Assembly (NCBI GenBank): GCA_048128005.1 | Contig: JBEUKZ010000036.1 | Coordinates: 124,001 to 188,000, forward strand | DNA length: 64,000 nucleotides | Source of the DNA: Veleropilina oligotropha | Lineage: Eukaryota | Direction: 5' to 3' | In this document: piece by piece, positions 38,141-47,222 of the stretch | Position numbering within the stretch: position 1 is the first letter of the stretch | Layout of the letters: every line of letters begins with the position of its first letter | Position numbers and translations under genes: made by a program | The notes under the pieces: model-generated | The model's input: only the letters and a program-made list of their open reading frames with translations | What the model was told of the DNA's origin: nothing | Databases searched by the model: none

Positions 38141-38747
38141 AAGACAGTTCCCGCACCCCAAGGATCCCCACTCCACGATCATCTGCGGCCAGACGGGCTG
38201 TGGGAAGACGGTTTTCATGCTTGAACTTCTGGAGGGGGAGTACCTAGGAGTGTTCCGGCATATTGTGATCCTCTGCCCCACGATCAAGTACAACAAAGCA
38301 TACCAGTCCTGTCCATGGATCTGGACTGACCCTGAGGTGTACTTGATCCCCCCCGGTGAGCGACTCCATGACTGGTTGCGGGGGTTCTACCGGCTGTTTC
38401 AGGGGGAACCAACCCTCTACATCATCGACGACTGCGCCGACAGCAAAGCCCTCGCAAAGAGAAGGGACATGCTGACTTTGTTGGCCTTCAGCGGAAGACA
38501 CGCCGAACAGAGCGTATGGGTAGTGACGCAAAAGTACAACGCAGTCTTGAAGGAGCTCAGAGAGCAGACCCGCTGGGTCGCGCTGTTCCATTGCAAGGAC
38601 CGCGACAGTTTCGAGGACTGTCTGCGCGAGAACGATGTTATCTCATCCTGCGACGAGAGAACCGCAGTGCACCGGCTTTTGGCCGAGACCCGACACAAAA
38701 AGCTTCTGTTGAAAACTGATCAGCCCGTTGCCTATAGTGTGTTGTAG
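38112..38747 (+). CDS. FtsK/A32-type genome packaging ATPase
   Basis: Walker A GQTGCGKT, Walker B YIIDD, SGRH, VVTQ. Confidence 0.9.
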   Translation: MADSSQRYTKRQFPHPKDPHSTIICGQTGCGKTVFMLELLEGEYLGVFRHIVILCPTIKYNKAYQSCPWIWTDPEVYLIPPGERLHDWLRGFYRLFQGEPTLYIIDDCADSKALAKRRDMLTLLAFSGRHAEQSVWVVTQKYNAVLKELREQTRWVALFHCKDRDSFEDCLRENDVISSCDERTAVHRLLAETRHKKLLLKTDQPVAYSVL

Positions 38748-38925
38748 CAGCTACTTGGCTAGCCCTAGCATCTACTTAGCAGCTACTTAGCTAGCTAGGC
38801 ATGTCGGACGCTGTATACATAGCTTTTGCTTGCAGCCAAAGCCTGACGTTGCTGTTACTCGTGGGGGGTGGTACTGGCTGTACTGTTATATTAGACCGGC
38901 GAGGCGATGTTGGAAACGCTTCAGG

Positions 38926-39567
38926 ATGGACAGCCTTCTCGACCAACTCATGGATGACGAACAAGAAACGACCGTGGGCGGCCATGGCTCGACGACCAAA
39001 CGCTGCTCGCAGCACGAGGAACCTGTCAGTGGCTCCATAGGGATGGCAAAGAAACGGGAGAGGCTTGCCGCACTAGCCATCGGAGGGGATGCCAGCAAAT
39101 ACTTGGGGAGAAACCTCACGGTTGACCGAATCGACGATATGACTGACGACGAGGTTGAGAAACACCATGCATGGTATGAAGCGAAGCTAGGTGCTGACAT
39201 GACGAAGACCCTGGGGACTGCTGCTATACAGCTGTATGCGGGTGCAGCTGGGATGTTCTTGCCCATTCCGCCGGAGAAACAACCACGTCTGGTCGCTGAC
39301 CTCGAGGCCGATCCTTTCATCGCCCATGCTCTCCGCGGTGCAAGCTGTGAGCTGTATTATAAGTATGGCATGTGGATAGCGCCGCTGACCGCCGTGTTGA
39401 CCACTGCGAAGCACTGCCAATTTGGACATGTTTGCACGCCTAAAATATCAGAGCGAGAGCGAGATCAAGATGACAACGCAGGAAACGGACCAAATGATCG
39501 AGAGCCAGCCGATCGAGAGCCAGCCAATAGAGAGGGTGACTTCTTCGACAGACTCATCAGTGAGTAA
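38926..39567 (+). CDS. Hypothetical viral protein
   Basis: Open frame from MDSLLDQLM within the plus-strand gene run. Confidence 0.7.
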   Translation: MDSLLDQLMDDEQETTVGGHGSTTKRCSQHEEPVSGSIGMAKKRERLAALAIGGDASKYLGRNLTVDRIDDMTDDEVEKHHAWYEAKLGADMTKTLGTAAIQLYAGAAGMFLPIPPEKQPRLVADLEADPFIAHALRGASCELYYKYGMWIAPLTAVLTTAKHCQFGHVCTPKISERERDQDDNAGNGPNDREPADREPANREGDFFDRLISE

Positions 39568-39967
39568 AAAGGACCCTAAGAAGGTGGCTGCGGGGCGGGC
39601 CAGTGCTGCGGCCCGGAAATCCAAACAGGAGAAGCTACTGGAGGCGGTTAGAAAACTCAAAGAAGACGCTCGACAAGTATCCGTCAGCGAAGTTCCTTCA
39701 GAACCGCATGAGGCACAACAAAAACACAGTGGTGCCCCGGCCGAGGTGACCGCGGTCGAAAAGTCAGCTACACGGAAATCGGACCCATTTAATTGGACCC
39801 AGGTAGCCGTTGCTGCCGGTACGGTTGCGTTGTTATTTGTTATCTGGAAACGCAACAGTGGTCCATCCACACCACATCAACAGCCACCAGTCGCGGATGC
39901 TAGGCAGCCCCCCACCCCAACCACCACCGAATTGAAGAAGCAGCACAACCCGTTCCATATGCGATAG
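39470..39967 (+). CDS. Hypothetical basic protein with one TM helix
   Basis: KKDPKKVAAGRASAAARK, VAVAAGTVALLFVIW, C-terminal NPF. Confidence 0.7.
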   Translation: MTTQETDQMIESQPIESQPIERVTSSTDSSVSKKDPKKVAAGRASAAARKSKQEKLLEAVRKLKEDARQVSVSEVPSEPHEAQQKHSGAPAEVTAVEKSATRKSDPFNWTQVAVAAGTVALLFVIWKRNSGPSTPHQQPPVADARQPPTPTTTELKKQHNPFHMR

Positions 39968-39979
39968 TCTCAGTACAAC

Positions 39980-40219
39980 ATGACTACCCCGATTACTGAT
40001 GGAAAGATGCTCGGCAACGCCGTCTACCATGTGGCTATTGTATCAGGCCTTGCCATAGGCTACGCACGACTGGGAAAAATGGTATTCAAGGGGGCGAGCC
40101 CCAAGCTGGACTTCACGGGTTACGATGTTGGGATGGTCGTCCTCGACGTAGCGCTCGCCATGGCGACGAAAGACATGCTGATCAAGCAAGGCATCATACC
40201 GGCCGACGTTTTGAAGTAG
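39980..40219 (+). CDS. Small hydrophobic viral protein (79 aa)
   Basis: ACAACATG start context, two hydrophobic segments, tight packing with neighbours. Confidence 0.7.
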   Translation: MTTPITDGKMLGNAVYHVAIVSGLAIGYARLGKMVFKGASPKLDFTGYDVGMVVLDVALAMATKDMLIKQGIIPADVLK

Positions 40220-40249
40220 TGGGACCTGCTAGATAATCGCAGCATTTCA

Positions 40250-40678
40250 ATGGCTTCCATTGCGATGCTGGTTGGGGGCGCTCTCGTCAACGCCCTCGCC
40301 TTCAGCGGGTCCAACTTCCTCTTCTCGAAGCTACGCAGCTCCGGTGTCGACGAGGAGCGTAAACGCCACGACAAAGCCGTAGAACAGCTCAACGCTGCTC
40401 AGACTAAATGGTCCCAGAAGCGGGCAGAGCGTCTCGATTGGCTGAACGTTGAACTTCGCCGCCAGGGTCACGCTGTTGGCACATTCCGGGATGTTGACAC
40501 CGCGATCCGTGAGTATGCATTGATCACCGGCAAGAACCTTGACCCCGGCCTGGGGGGTGGCCCTGAGCCCGCCCTGTCTGACTACTACACGCCTAGTGAT
40601 GGCCAGAAGGGACGTGAGATCACCTTCATCATCCTGGGGATGGCTGCGACCGGGTTGGTAGCCTACAAGCTCGCCTAA
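40250..40678 (+). CDS. Small viral protein with hydrophobic N- and C-termini (142 aa)
   Basis: MASIAMLVGGALVNALAF... central charged helix ...ITFIILGMAATGLVAY. Confidence 0.7.
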   Translation: MASIAMLVGGALVNALAFSGSNFLFSKLRSSGVDEERKRHDKAVEQLNAAQTKWSQKRAERLDWLNVELRRQGHAVGTFRDVDTAIREYALITGKNLDPGLGGGPEPALSDYYTPSDGQKGREITFIILGMAATGLVAYKLA

Positions 40679-40942
40679 TTATTTCCAGTGGACATTTTTT
40701 TTCGTGGGCATGTATAGTAATGGGGCTCCCAGAAGAGCTGTACTGTGCCATGCTTGCGGTCAGCGGGGTGGGCCTTAGTACTACGTCACTCGACTGCTGG
40801 CGCCGCGACGAAAAGACTATGGTGCGGTTCGCAGTCCTGGTGCTCTCGGGCCCGACCAACCTTTGGGCGACGACTGCACAGCGACCGGCTCCGGAAGCTG
40901 AAGTTTGTTGGAGACTGATCAGTTTACTGGAATACATTGCTG

Positions 40943-41941
40943 ATGGATAGTAAGCTTGCGAGGATGTACTACAGCCCTAAGGGCTACTGGAAAGGCATTG
41001 CCGCGATAAAGAAACTAGCTGAGGCTGCCAAGGCGTCTGAAATGGAGGCCCGGACATGGCTTAAGAGGCAGGCTATATGGCAGATTTATTTACCTGCGCC
41101 ATGGCGGATTCCAAGACCAAAATTCGACGTCGTAGCGCCAAACGAGGTTCACCAAGCCGACCTCCTGTTTCTCCCCCATGACAAGGTCGGCCGTAAAACC
41201 TATAAGTACGCTTTGACTGTGGTTGATGTGGCCAGTCGCTTTAAAGAAGCTGAGCCTCTGGCCACAAAAGAGGCCAAAGGGGTTGCTGAAGCTCTGTCTC
41301 GAATCTACAGGCGGAGTCCTCTTAGCTGGCCGAAATTGCTTCAGGTTGATCCAGGGCGAGAGTTCATGGGGACGGTCTCCCAGCTGCTGGCAAAGAATAA
41401 TGTCGAGGTTAGGCGTGGCCGTGTGGATCTCCATCGCGATCAAGGGATCGTGGAGTGCTTCAACCGGACGCTCGCTGAGCGGCTCTTCGGGCACCAGTAC
41501 GCAGAAGAGATGAGTTTTACAGGGTCTGCGAAAGAGGGTCAAAGGTCAACTGAGTGGGTCGCCAGGCTGCCCGCCGTTGTTGCGGCCTTGAATGGGGAAG
41601 TGACCAGGCTGACCGGTAAAAAGCCCAAGGACGCCATCAAGGCACCTCGCGTTGCACAAAATCCTTCTTCCACTGTTCCAGGCCGACAGGGGAAGGAACA
41701 GAAACTCCCTTCTGACGTAGATGTTCGATACCTATACCAACCCGGTGAGTTGGAGGGTGGTCGCCGGCGAGCGACTAACCCGGTGTGGTCTCTAAAAGTG
41801 CACAGGCTTGGACGCTCTGTCACTAAGCCTGACGAGCCTGTGCTCTACTACTTGCTTGATGGACCACCGCGTGGGTTCGTTCGTGAGGAACTTCTCGTGG
41901 TGCCTCGTGACACCCAACTGCCGCCGGTTCTCAGGCGTTAA
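40943..41941 (+). CDS. Retroviral-like (rve) DDE integrase
   Basis: YYSPKGY, HQADL, VVDVASRF, LQVDPGREF, QGIVECFNRTL; no chromodomain evident. Confidence 0.92.
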   Translation: MDSKLARMYYSPKGYWKGIAAIKKLAEAAKASEMEARTWLKRQAIWQIYLPAPWRIPRPKFDVVAPNEVHQADLLFLPHDKVGRKTYKYALTVVDVASRFKEAEPLATKEAKGVAEALSRIYRRSPLSWPKLLQVDPGREFMGTVSQLLAKNNVEVRRGRVDLHRDQGIVECFNRTLAERLFGHQYAEEMSFTGSAKEGQRSTEWVARLPAVVAALNGEVTRLTGKKPKDAIKAPRVAQNPSSTVPGRQGKEQKLPSDVDVRYLYQPGELEGGRRRATNPVWSLKVHRLGRSVTKPDEPVLYYLLDGPPRGFVREELLVVPRDTQLPPVLRR

Positions 41942-44900
41942 CAACCGCAAATCCTCTTTTTCGGTTACATTCAAGGCACGTTAAGCGCACGTTGTCGCGG
42001 ATGTGGCCCCTGCTGTTGTCCACACGGTCGACACTGAACTGCTGTGTGTCTTTGGGCTGGTAGGCCCAGAGCAGCTCTATGTTACATGCTGCGCATCGGT
42101 TGTTTTGGGCCTCTCTGAGCCGCAGGATGTCGTCGACCTTGAGGTTAAATCCCTGGAGTCCCTTTGCCTGGTCCTGGCGCATGTATGCCACGAGCTTCCT
42201 CTGGATGGTTTTTCGGAGCTGCTGCTTGCTCTGCTGCGCTTGGGGCGGCCTGTCCTCAGAACCCTCATCTGGAGGACAGGTTACCCGCTCGAGCTGATGC
42301 AGATACTCCACCCGGGACACGGCTAGGTAGGCGAGATTACTCCACTGAAGGTAGTCGTCGATGATCCAGACTTTCTGTGGGTCGTGAATGGTAAGACCCA
42401 GGCTCGAATGGATGGTGAGAGCATAGCCCAGGCGCCAATCCGGGGTCAGGATAGCCCGCTCAGCGGCCTCAATCGTGACCTCAACGACGTCGTTGAGAAC
42501 TAGCTCCTCTCTTTCATCGGTGCCCGGAATGGTTACCATGATATTTTGCTTACGGGTGTCCCTGGGGTGATAAAGGATAGGTACCGGGGAGTCTGGGAAG
42601 TGCTCCTTGTGCCTCTGGAGCAACAGCTGTTGAGCCCGTTCGCGGACCTTCTGACGGCTGGTGAGGATTAGGTCGCCTGGCCTCCAGGTGTTGACAAACC
42701 GATCCCATCCAAGGCAGCTGGGGAAACTCTTACGCATTTCCCCGCACTGGATTTTGTCGGGCTGGAGACGTATACGTCTTTTCAGGGCTTGGAGGGCAGG
42801 GTCGTCTTTCGCCCTGTAGTCTACTTCGATCTCCTCATAGTAGTCCGCGGTCTGTCGCAGCCAATCGTGCAGCATCTCGCCCATAATCGGTGGTGGCTGG
42901 CCCTGATCGCCACAGCAGATAACCTGAACTTCGTGGTGGCCCAGCCAGTCCAAGAACATCTCGAGGATAGGCCGGGGAACAGTACAGACCTCGTCCCAGA
43001 TAATGACGCGGGGGATGAACTTCTGACCCATGCGGTCGGGTGTCCAGTCAGTCTGGCCGCTCCATCGGAAGAAACTGTGGTAGGTCTGGGCTTTGACGCT
43101 TCTGGTTCGCATCTCTTTAGCGAGGCGGTGGGTTGGCGTGAATACAATGGGATTCCTTGCCCGGAAGAGCTCGATCGCTCTCGTAGTCTTGCCACAGCCC
43201 CCTCCACCATTGAGGTAACTCAGGCGATGGTGGGTCAGCGTGTCATTGTAGCATGGCGCGGTGCTTGGCTGGCTGGAATTGGCGGCACAACAATACTCTG
43301 GCTTGGGCAGGTATGCGGCATGTTCCTGTGGCAGGTAAAGCTGTTCCCCCTTGTCACGCCACTGGGCCGGTGCTACTGGCGGAAGGTACGTCTCCCCGAT
43401 CAGACAGGAGATGCACGATTTATCGCCACAGTCGCAGAGCTGTGGGGCAACGTACGCCTTGACATCGTCGAGCTTCTCCAACGAGGCCTTCTTGAGGTAG
43501 ATGCTGTCAGTGGCCACTCGGACAGCTTCCTCAGGGGTGAAACGCTGAAGCATGCTCAAGAGGTTTATGTGGGCATAGGCCAGCATCGATGCCCTCAGGT
43601 GGGTGTACTGTGGCTGCGAGCCATCATAGTACGTGAGGATGTGACCGAGGGGGCACCTTTGAGGTGCGCCGACCAGGGTACCACTTTGGCGGGTGTCTCT
43701 TACAAGGAAGTCAAGCTCTCCCTGGTCAATCACCAGTCTACGGGTCAATCTTTTGCCGTCAGCTTTGGCACCTTGGGTGAATTTGCCGATAATGCTGCAG
43801 CCCTGGTCACGATCCGGAGGAAGCCAGACCTCGGTCTGCTTTTTGAATGCGATGATGGCTTCTCGGATCTTGAGACTTTTTAGCAGTCTAGATTCCACAA
43901 GGAAGGCGAGCAGCGGGGTTGGAGCCCAACTCATTTCTGCAAAGTGCTTTCCGAACCATGCGGGTATGGCGGGATGGATGTCTTCCGCAAACTCCCATTC
44001 CACGACCTCGGCAAACCCGGTACCGATTTCTCGGGGTAGAGGACCGTTAATTGCGACACGCGTCATGCTGTGGGTTGGGTGCCCGAATCTTTCGAAGTAC
44101 GGCTTAGCCTCGCCCTTCCCCTGAAAGCTGGCAGGGTAGCAGGCTTTCATGTCGATGCAGCAGACATTGCCCGTATCGTAGTTCATGGAATTCCACAGGC
44201 CACCATGGCCATGCTCTACGCAGGCCTTCTGGATATCATCGAGCAGGCCCGCTGGGGTAGGTCTCCAGCCGTTGTTCTCTTTGGCCATAATGCTAGCTGC
44301 ATGGTTCTCACCAAAGGCTCGATCGGCGAGAGACTCATTCCCCAGAGCCTTACAGGCTTCTTGGAGTCTCTCGTGAGCCTCTTTTGTCCGGTAAGTGCGG
44401 CCGTCTTGCAGCACGAACTGGTCCACGCCGAGCTGTCGGTCTTTACCACCAAGGAGCCAGACAGCCAATGGCTCATTACGTGTGGCTTGTCGGATAGCTT
44501 CCCAGACATCGCCCTCGTAGATGTTGACCTCGCGAGACTGCGGGAAGTGTAGGTCCTTGGACCAGGCGTGGCCGTTGTGACAGATGAGTTCTACTTGTCT
44601 GAATGTATGGTTTCCTTGACCGCGGTATTTACCACTGTTGTAGATGTCGGCACCTGCGATGTCTCTCAAGATGATCGCCCGCTTCAGTATCTTCTCGAGG
44701 ATGGATATATCATCCACAGTGGCGCCTGTTACATGGACTCGCTCTTCCCACTCCTGTATTTTCTGCCGCCTTGTCGGGGTGAGTCCGTTTCCTCTCAGGG
44801 CACCTTCGAAGTGCTCAACCACTCTTTGGGCAATGCAGTTGAGGTCGCCGTTCTTCATTGGGACCAGGTTGGCGGGGTTTGGTTCTCTGAGAGGGTAGAG

Positions 44901-45620
44901 GCCGTAGACGACTGCAGTGACCGGGTAGGCGTTCTCGTAGTAGACTTTGTCGACCCCAGTGATAGCACCCGGCTTAGTGTCATGGGATATCTCAAAGACA
45001 CCCTGGCCCTTCTTCCTCGCAGCTTTCACCGGGTCAAACTTGTCTTCGACCATCCAGTCACCTTCACCCCACTCACGCAAGAACTTGATTCTAAGGACAA
45101 ACTCGCCTTTTGGAAGGGCTGTGAGGAGCTGTGCCGCTCTCGCGTCTGTCATACGGGCATCCAGGGCCAGCCGGCCAGCCCTCGCTTCGATGTTCTCTAC
45201 TTCTACCCTCCATGTGGAGAAGGCCGCCGCGGCGCCATCGACCTCAAACTCGTCTTTGGCATCGTTCAAGAGTTCCACCCATGGCTCTTTTGCTGGGAGC
45301 CTTACAGGGGGAGGGGCCTGGTCATCCAGGTCGATGAATTGTTGCCCCTCTGTTGTGGTAAACAGCCCTAGAAGATCATTCTGGTAGTCCTGGGCTGTCC
45401 GGGGCTTTTTGGAGAGGGGGATTGGGTCAAATTCCTCAACAATGGCTTTCCGCTTTCTCTCCGTTTGGGGATCCTTGGATGGGACCAGAGGCTTCAACAA
45501 GCGCTCCTTCACGTCTTCCGGGATTGGTTCGTCTAGAATGTTCTGAACCACGTCCCGGAGAGTTTCAGATGCCTGCATGTCTGCGAGCAGTTGGTCTATA
45601 TAGTCATCCATAGTCGACAT
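41931..45620 (-). CDS. Replicase fusion: PolB core + SF1B (RecD/Pif1-like) helicase + HNH-like Zn domain
   Basis: PolB motifs IDMKACYP, IIGKF, ASMLAYAH, ATDSIY; helicase GGGGCGKTT, IIWDE, CGDQGQ, YALTIHSSLGLT, YLAVSR; C-terminal CAAC...SVDRVDNSRGH..DNVRLTCLECN. Confidence 0.85.
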   Translation of the reverse strand: MSTMDDYIDQLLADMQASETLRDVVQNILDEPIPEDVKERLLKPLVPSKDPQTERKRKAIVEEFDPIPLSKKPRTAQDYQNDLLGLFTTTEGQQFIDLDDQAPPPVRLPAKEPWVELLNDAKDEFEVDGAAAAFSTWRVEVENIEARAGRLALDARMTDARAAQLLTALPKGEFVLRIKFLREWGEGDWMVEDKFDPVKAARKKGQGVFEISHDTKPGAITGVDKVYYENAYPVTAVVYGLYPLREPNPANLVPMKNGDLNCIAQRVVEHFEGALRGNGLTPTRRQKIQEWEERVHVTGATVDDISILEKILKRAIILRDIAGADIYNSGKYRGQGNHTFRQVELICHNGHAWSKDLHFPQSREVNIYEGDVWEAIRQATRNEPLAVWLLGGKDRQLGVDQFVLQDGRTYRTKEAHERLQEACKALGNESLADRAFGENHAASIMAKENNGWRPTPAGLLDDIQKACVEHGHGGLWNSMNYDTGNVCCIDMKACYPASFQGKGEAKPYFERFGHPTHSMTRVAINGPLPREIGTGFAEVVEWEFAEDIHPAIPAWFGKHFAEMSWAPTPLLAFLVESRLLKSLKIREAIIAFKKQTEVWLPPDRDQGCSIIGKFTQGAKADGKRLTRRLVIDQGELDFLVRDTRQSGTLVGAPQRCPLGHILTYYDGSQPQYTHLRASMLAYAHINLLSMLQRFTPEEAVRVATDSIYLKKASLEKLDDVKAYVAPQLCDCGDKSCISCLIGETYLPPVAPAQWRDKGEQLYLPQEHAAYLPKPEYCCAANSSQPSTAPCYNDTLTHHRLSYLNGGGGCGKTTRAIELFRARNPIVFTPTHRLAKEMRTRSVKAQTYHSFFRWSGQTDWTPDRMGQKFIPRVIIWDEVCTVPRPILEMFLDWLGHHEVQVICCGDQGQPPPIMGEMLHDWLRQTADYYEEIEVDYRAKDDPALQALKRRIRLQPDKIQCGEMRKSFPSCLGWDRFVNTWRPGDLILTSRQKVRERAQQLLLQRHKEHFPDSPVPILYHPRDTRKQNIMVTIPGTDEREELVLNDVVEVTIEAAERAILTPDWRLGYALTIHSSLGLTIHDPQKVWIIDDYLQWSNLAYLAVSRVEYLHQLERVTCPPDEGSEDRPPQAQQSKQQLRKTIQRKLVAYMRQDQAKGLQGFNLKVDDILRLREAQNNRCAACNIELLWAYQPKDTQQFSVDRVDNSRGHIRDNVRLTCLECNRKRGFAVVNA

Positions 45621-45961
45621 GTTGCCGGTCCGGTATACACTAGGATCTTTACTTCTCTAATAAGGAAGGCCCTTTTCTTTCGTTGCCAGTCCATAGAGTT
45701 CTCACTCTTATACCCACAGCCCTTACACAACGTAAACCGGTTGAAGACGCCTTTGCCGCATTCGATGCAGGGCTTTGTGCCCCAGCCATTTCGCCGTAGC
45801 CGAGCCAGGTGGACTTTGCAATACTCTCTCAGACAACTCTTACCACATAGTTCTGTGGAGCTTATGGTAAGCCAGTGACAGGTGTCTGTGCCCTTCATCG
45901 TATCCTTTGCAGTGGGTATATCCTGTGATGTGGGTATATCTAATAGGACACTTATCGCCAT
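45596..45961 (-). CDS. Small zinc-finger protein
   Basis: C-x9-C...YCKVH and CIEC...CKGC clusters; overlaps the replicase start. Confidence 0.65.
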   Translation of the reverse strand: MAISVLLDIPTSQDIPTAKDTMKGTDTCHWLTISSTELCGKSCLREYCKVHLARLRRNGWGTKPCIECGKGVFNRFTLCKGCGYKSENSMDWQRKKRAFLIREVKILVYTGPATCRLWMTI

Positions 45962-46339
45962 GCAACTGCACGCTACCAGCTGGAACTACATACTTACATA
46001 ACAGCTGCTCGGGGATTCCCTGTCCTCAAACACATTTCCGGCTTTCCTAGCATATATTAATAGCCCGTTCAGCCGTCTACTGTGGCCTCATTCATGCCGC
46101 TGCTCTTATCGCCACACGCGTCTATTATTAGCCCGTTCAGCTCGCTGCTGACCCAGATTTCCTATTAGAGGTATGAAGATCCTAGTATATACCCGCACTA
46201 TGTCGCGGTAAACATGGGCATTATTTCTCACTGTTATCTACCGGCTGTGGCGGTGCGTCAGATAGTTGCACGCTCGCCAGCGGGAATTATATATTTATCT
46301 AAACTGCTGCAATCTCGCCATGCAATTGCACGGAATGAA

Positions 46340-46505
46340 GCCCCCTTGTATTTCAGCCGTAGCCTGGGGTGTCTTCTCGACCATCTCTCGGCCCTCTTGA
46401 AGCCCCCTTGTATTTCAGCCGTAGCCTGGGGTGTCTTCTCGACCATCTCTCGGCCCCCTTGTATTTCAGCCGTAGCCTGGGGTGTCTTCTCGACCATCTC
46501 TCGGC
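46340..46505. repeat. Three ~51-bp direct repeats inside the virus
   Basis: CCCCCTTGTATTTCAGCCGTAGCCTGGGGTGTCTTCTCGACCATCTCTCGG x3; first two copies separated by ~11 extra bp. Confidence 0.95.
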
Positions 46506-47055
46506 ATTTTCTCCACGCAGCCTTCTTCCTCAAGAATTCGAAACGCAACATGCGAAAGCATTCTGAGGAGGTCGTTGTGACATATGCATAGAGGGCCAGA
46601 TCTTATAAATACTAAAGCCTGACAGTTCTTATATAGTCAGGTAGCCATGGCAGGCAAGAGAGGTTGTGTCTCGTCACTTATGATGTGAATATTAAATCAC
46701 GACAACTCTCAACGTAGACCACGTTAATTAAAATGAAACCTCAAAAACTATAGACATATTGTAGAGCCGACTAAATCCTGGATCATTAGTCCAGTTAACT
46801 GTCCCTTGATTATAATGTGGCCAGTATCCAGTCAACCTTCATTTGATACTGGGCAATGCATTTCAGTCGAGTGACTCACTCGACAACAATAGCTTGTATT
46901 TACATCAACGAGTAACTGTAATATGGCACGCTTCTACTAGGTCAACTCGGGCGACGTAACTAGGCAACCAGGTAGTATTTGAATAGACTATCGATCGTAT
47001 TGTTGTTCATAAGGTAACCTGGTTTTCGGACAGCGCTGCCTGTACACACGGTGAG

Positions 47056-47222
47056 TTTTGTAATACACGCTATACCCTCGGGTCTGAACAGGTGCTGGGA
47101 GCCCCCACCCCCGGGGCCCCACCCTAACTCCCTAGTCCCCCCAGTACAACCAGCTCAGTTCTGAAATAGTGCTGGGAGCCTTATTTTCCCATTCTAAAAA
47201 GTCTACTGACCCCCCTGCTGCT
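47056..47222. repeat. Right TIR of Polinton-like virus
   Basis: Reverse complement of 31516-31690. Confidence 0.95.

Larger units (their letters stand above)
31516..47222. mobile_element. Complete endogenous Polinton/adintovirus-like dsDNA virus (15.7 kb)
   Basis: AGCAGCAG...CTGCTGCT termini, ~175-bp TIRs, GTTCC duplicated on both flanks, GC-rich dense ORFs encoding capsid proteins, ATPase, integrase and PolB. Confidence 0.95.

Noticed and set aside
40720..40950. 76-aa ORF between the small membrane gene and the integrase
   Set aside because: No motifs, and equally short ORFs exist on the other strand; may be a regulatory gap.
42003..45613. Plus-strand ORFs up to 364 aa opposite the replicase
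   Set aside because: Antisense shadows with no recognisable domains.
46340..46505. Possible mini-CRISPR in the virus
   Set aside because: Repeats are essentially head-to-tail with no unique spacers of regular length.
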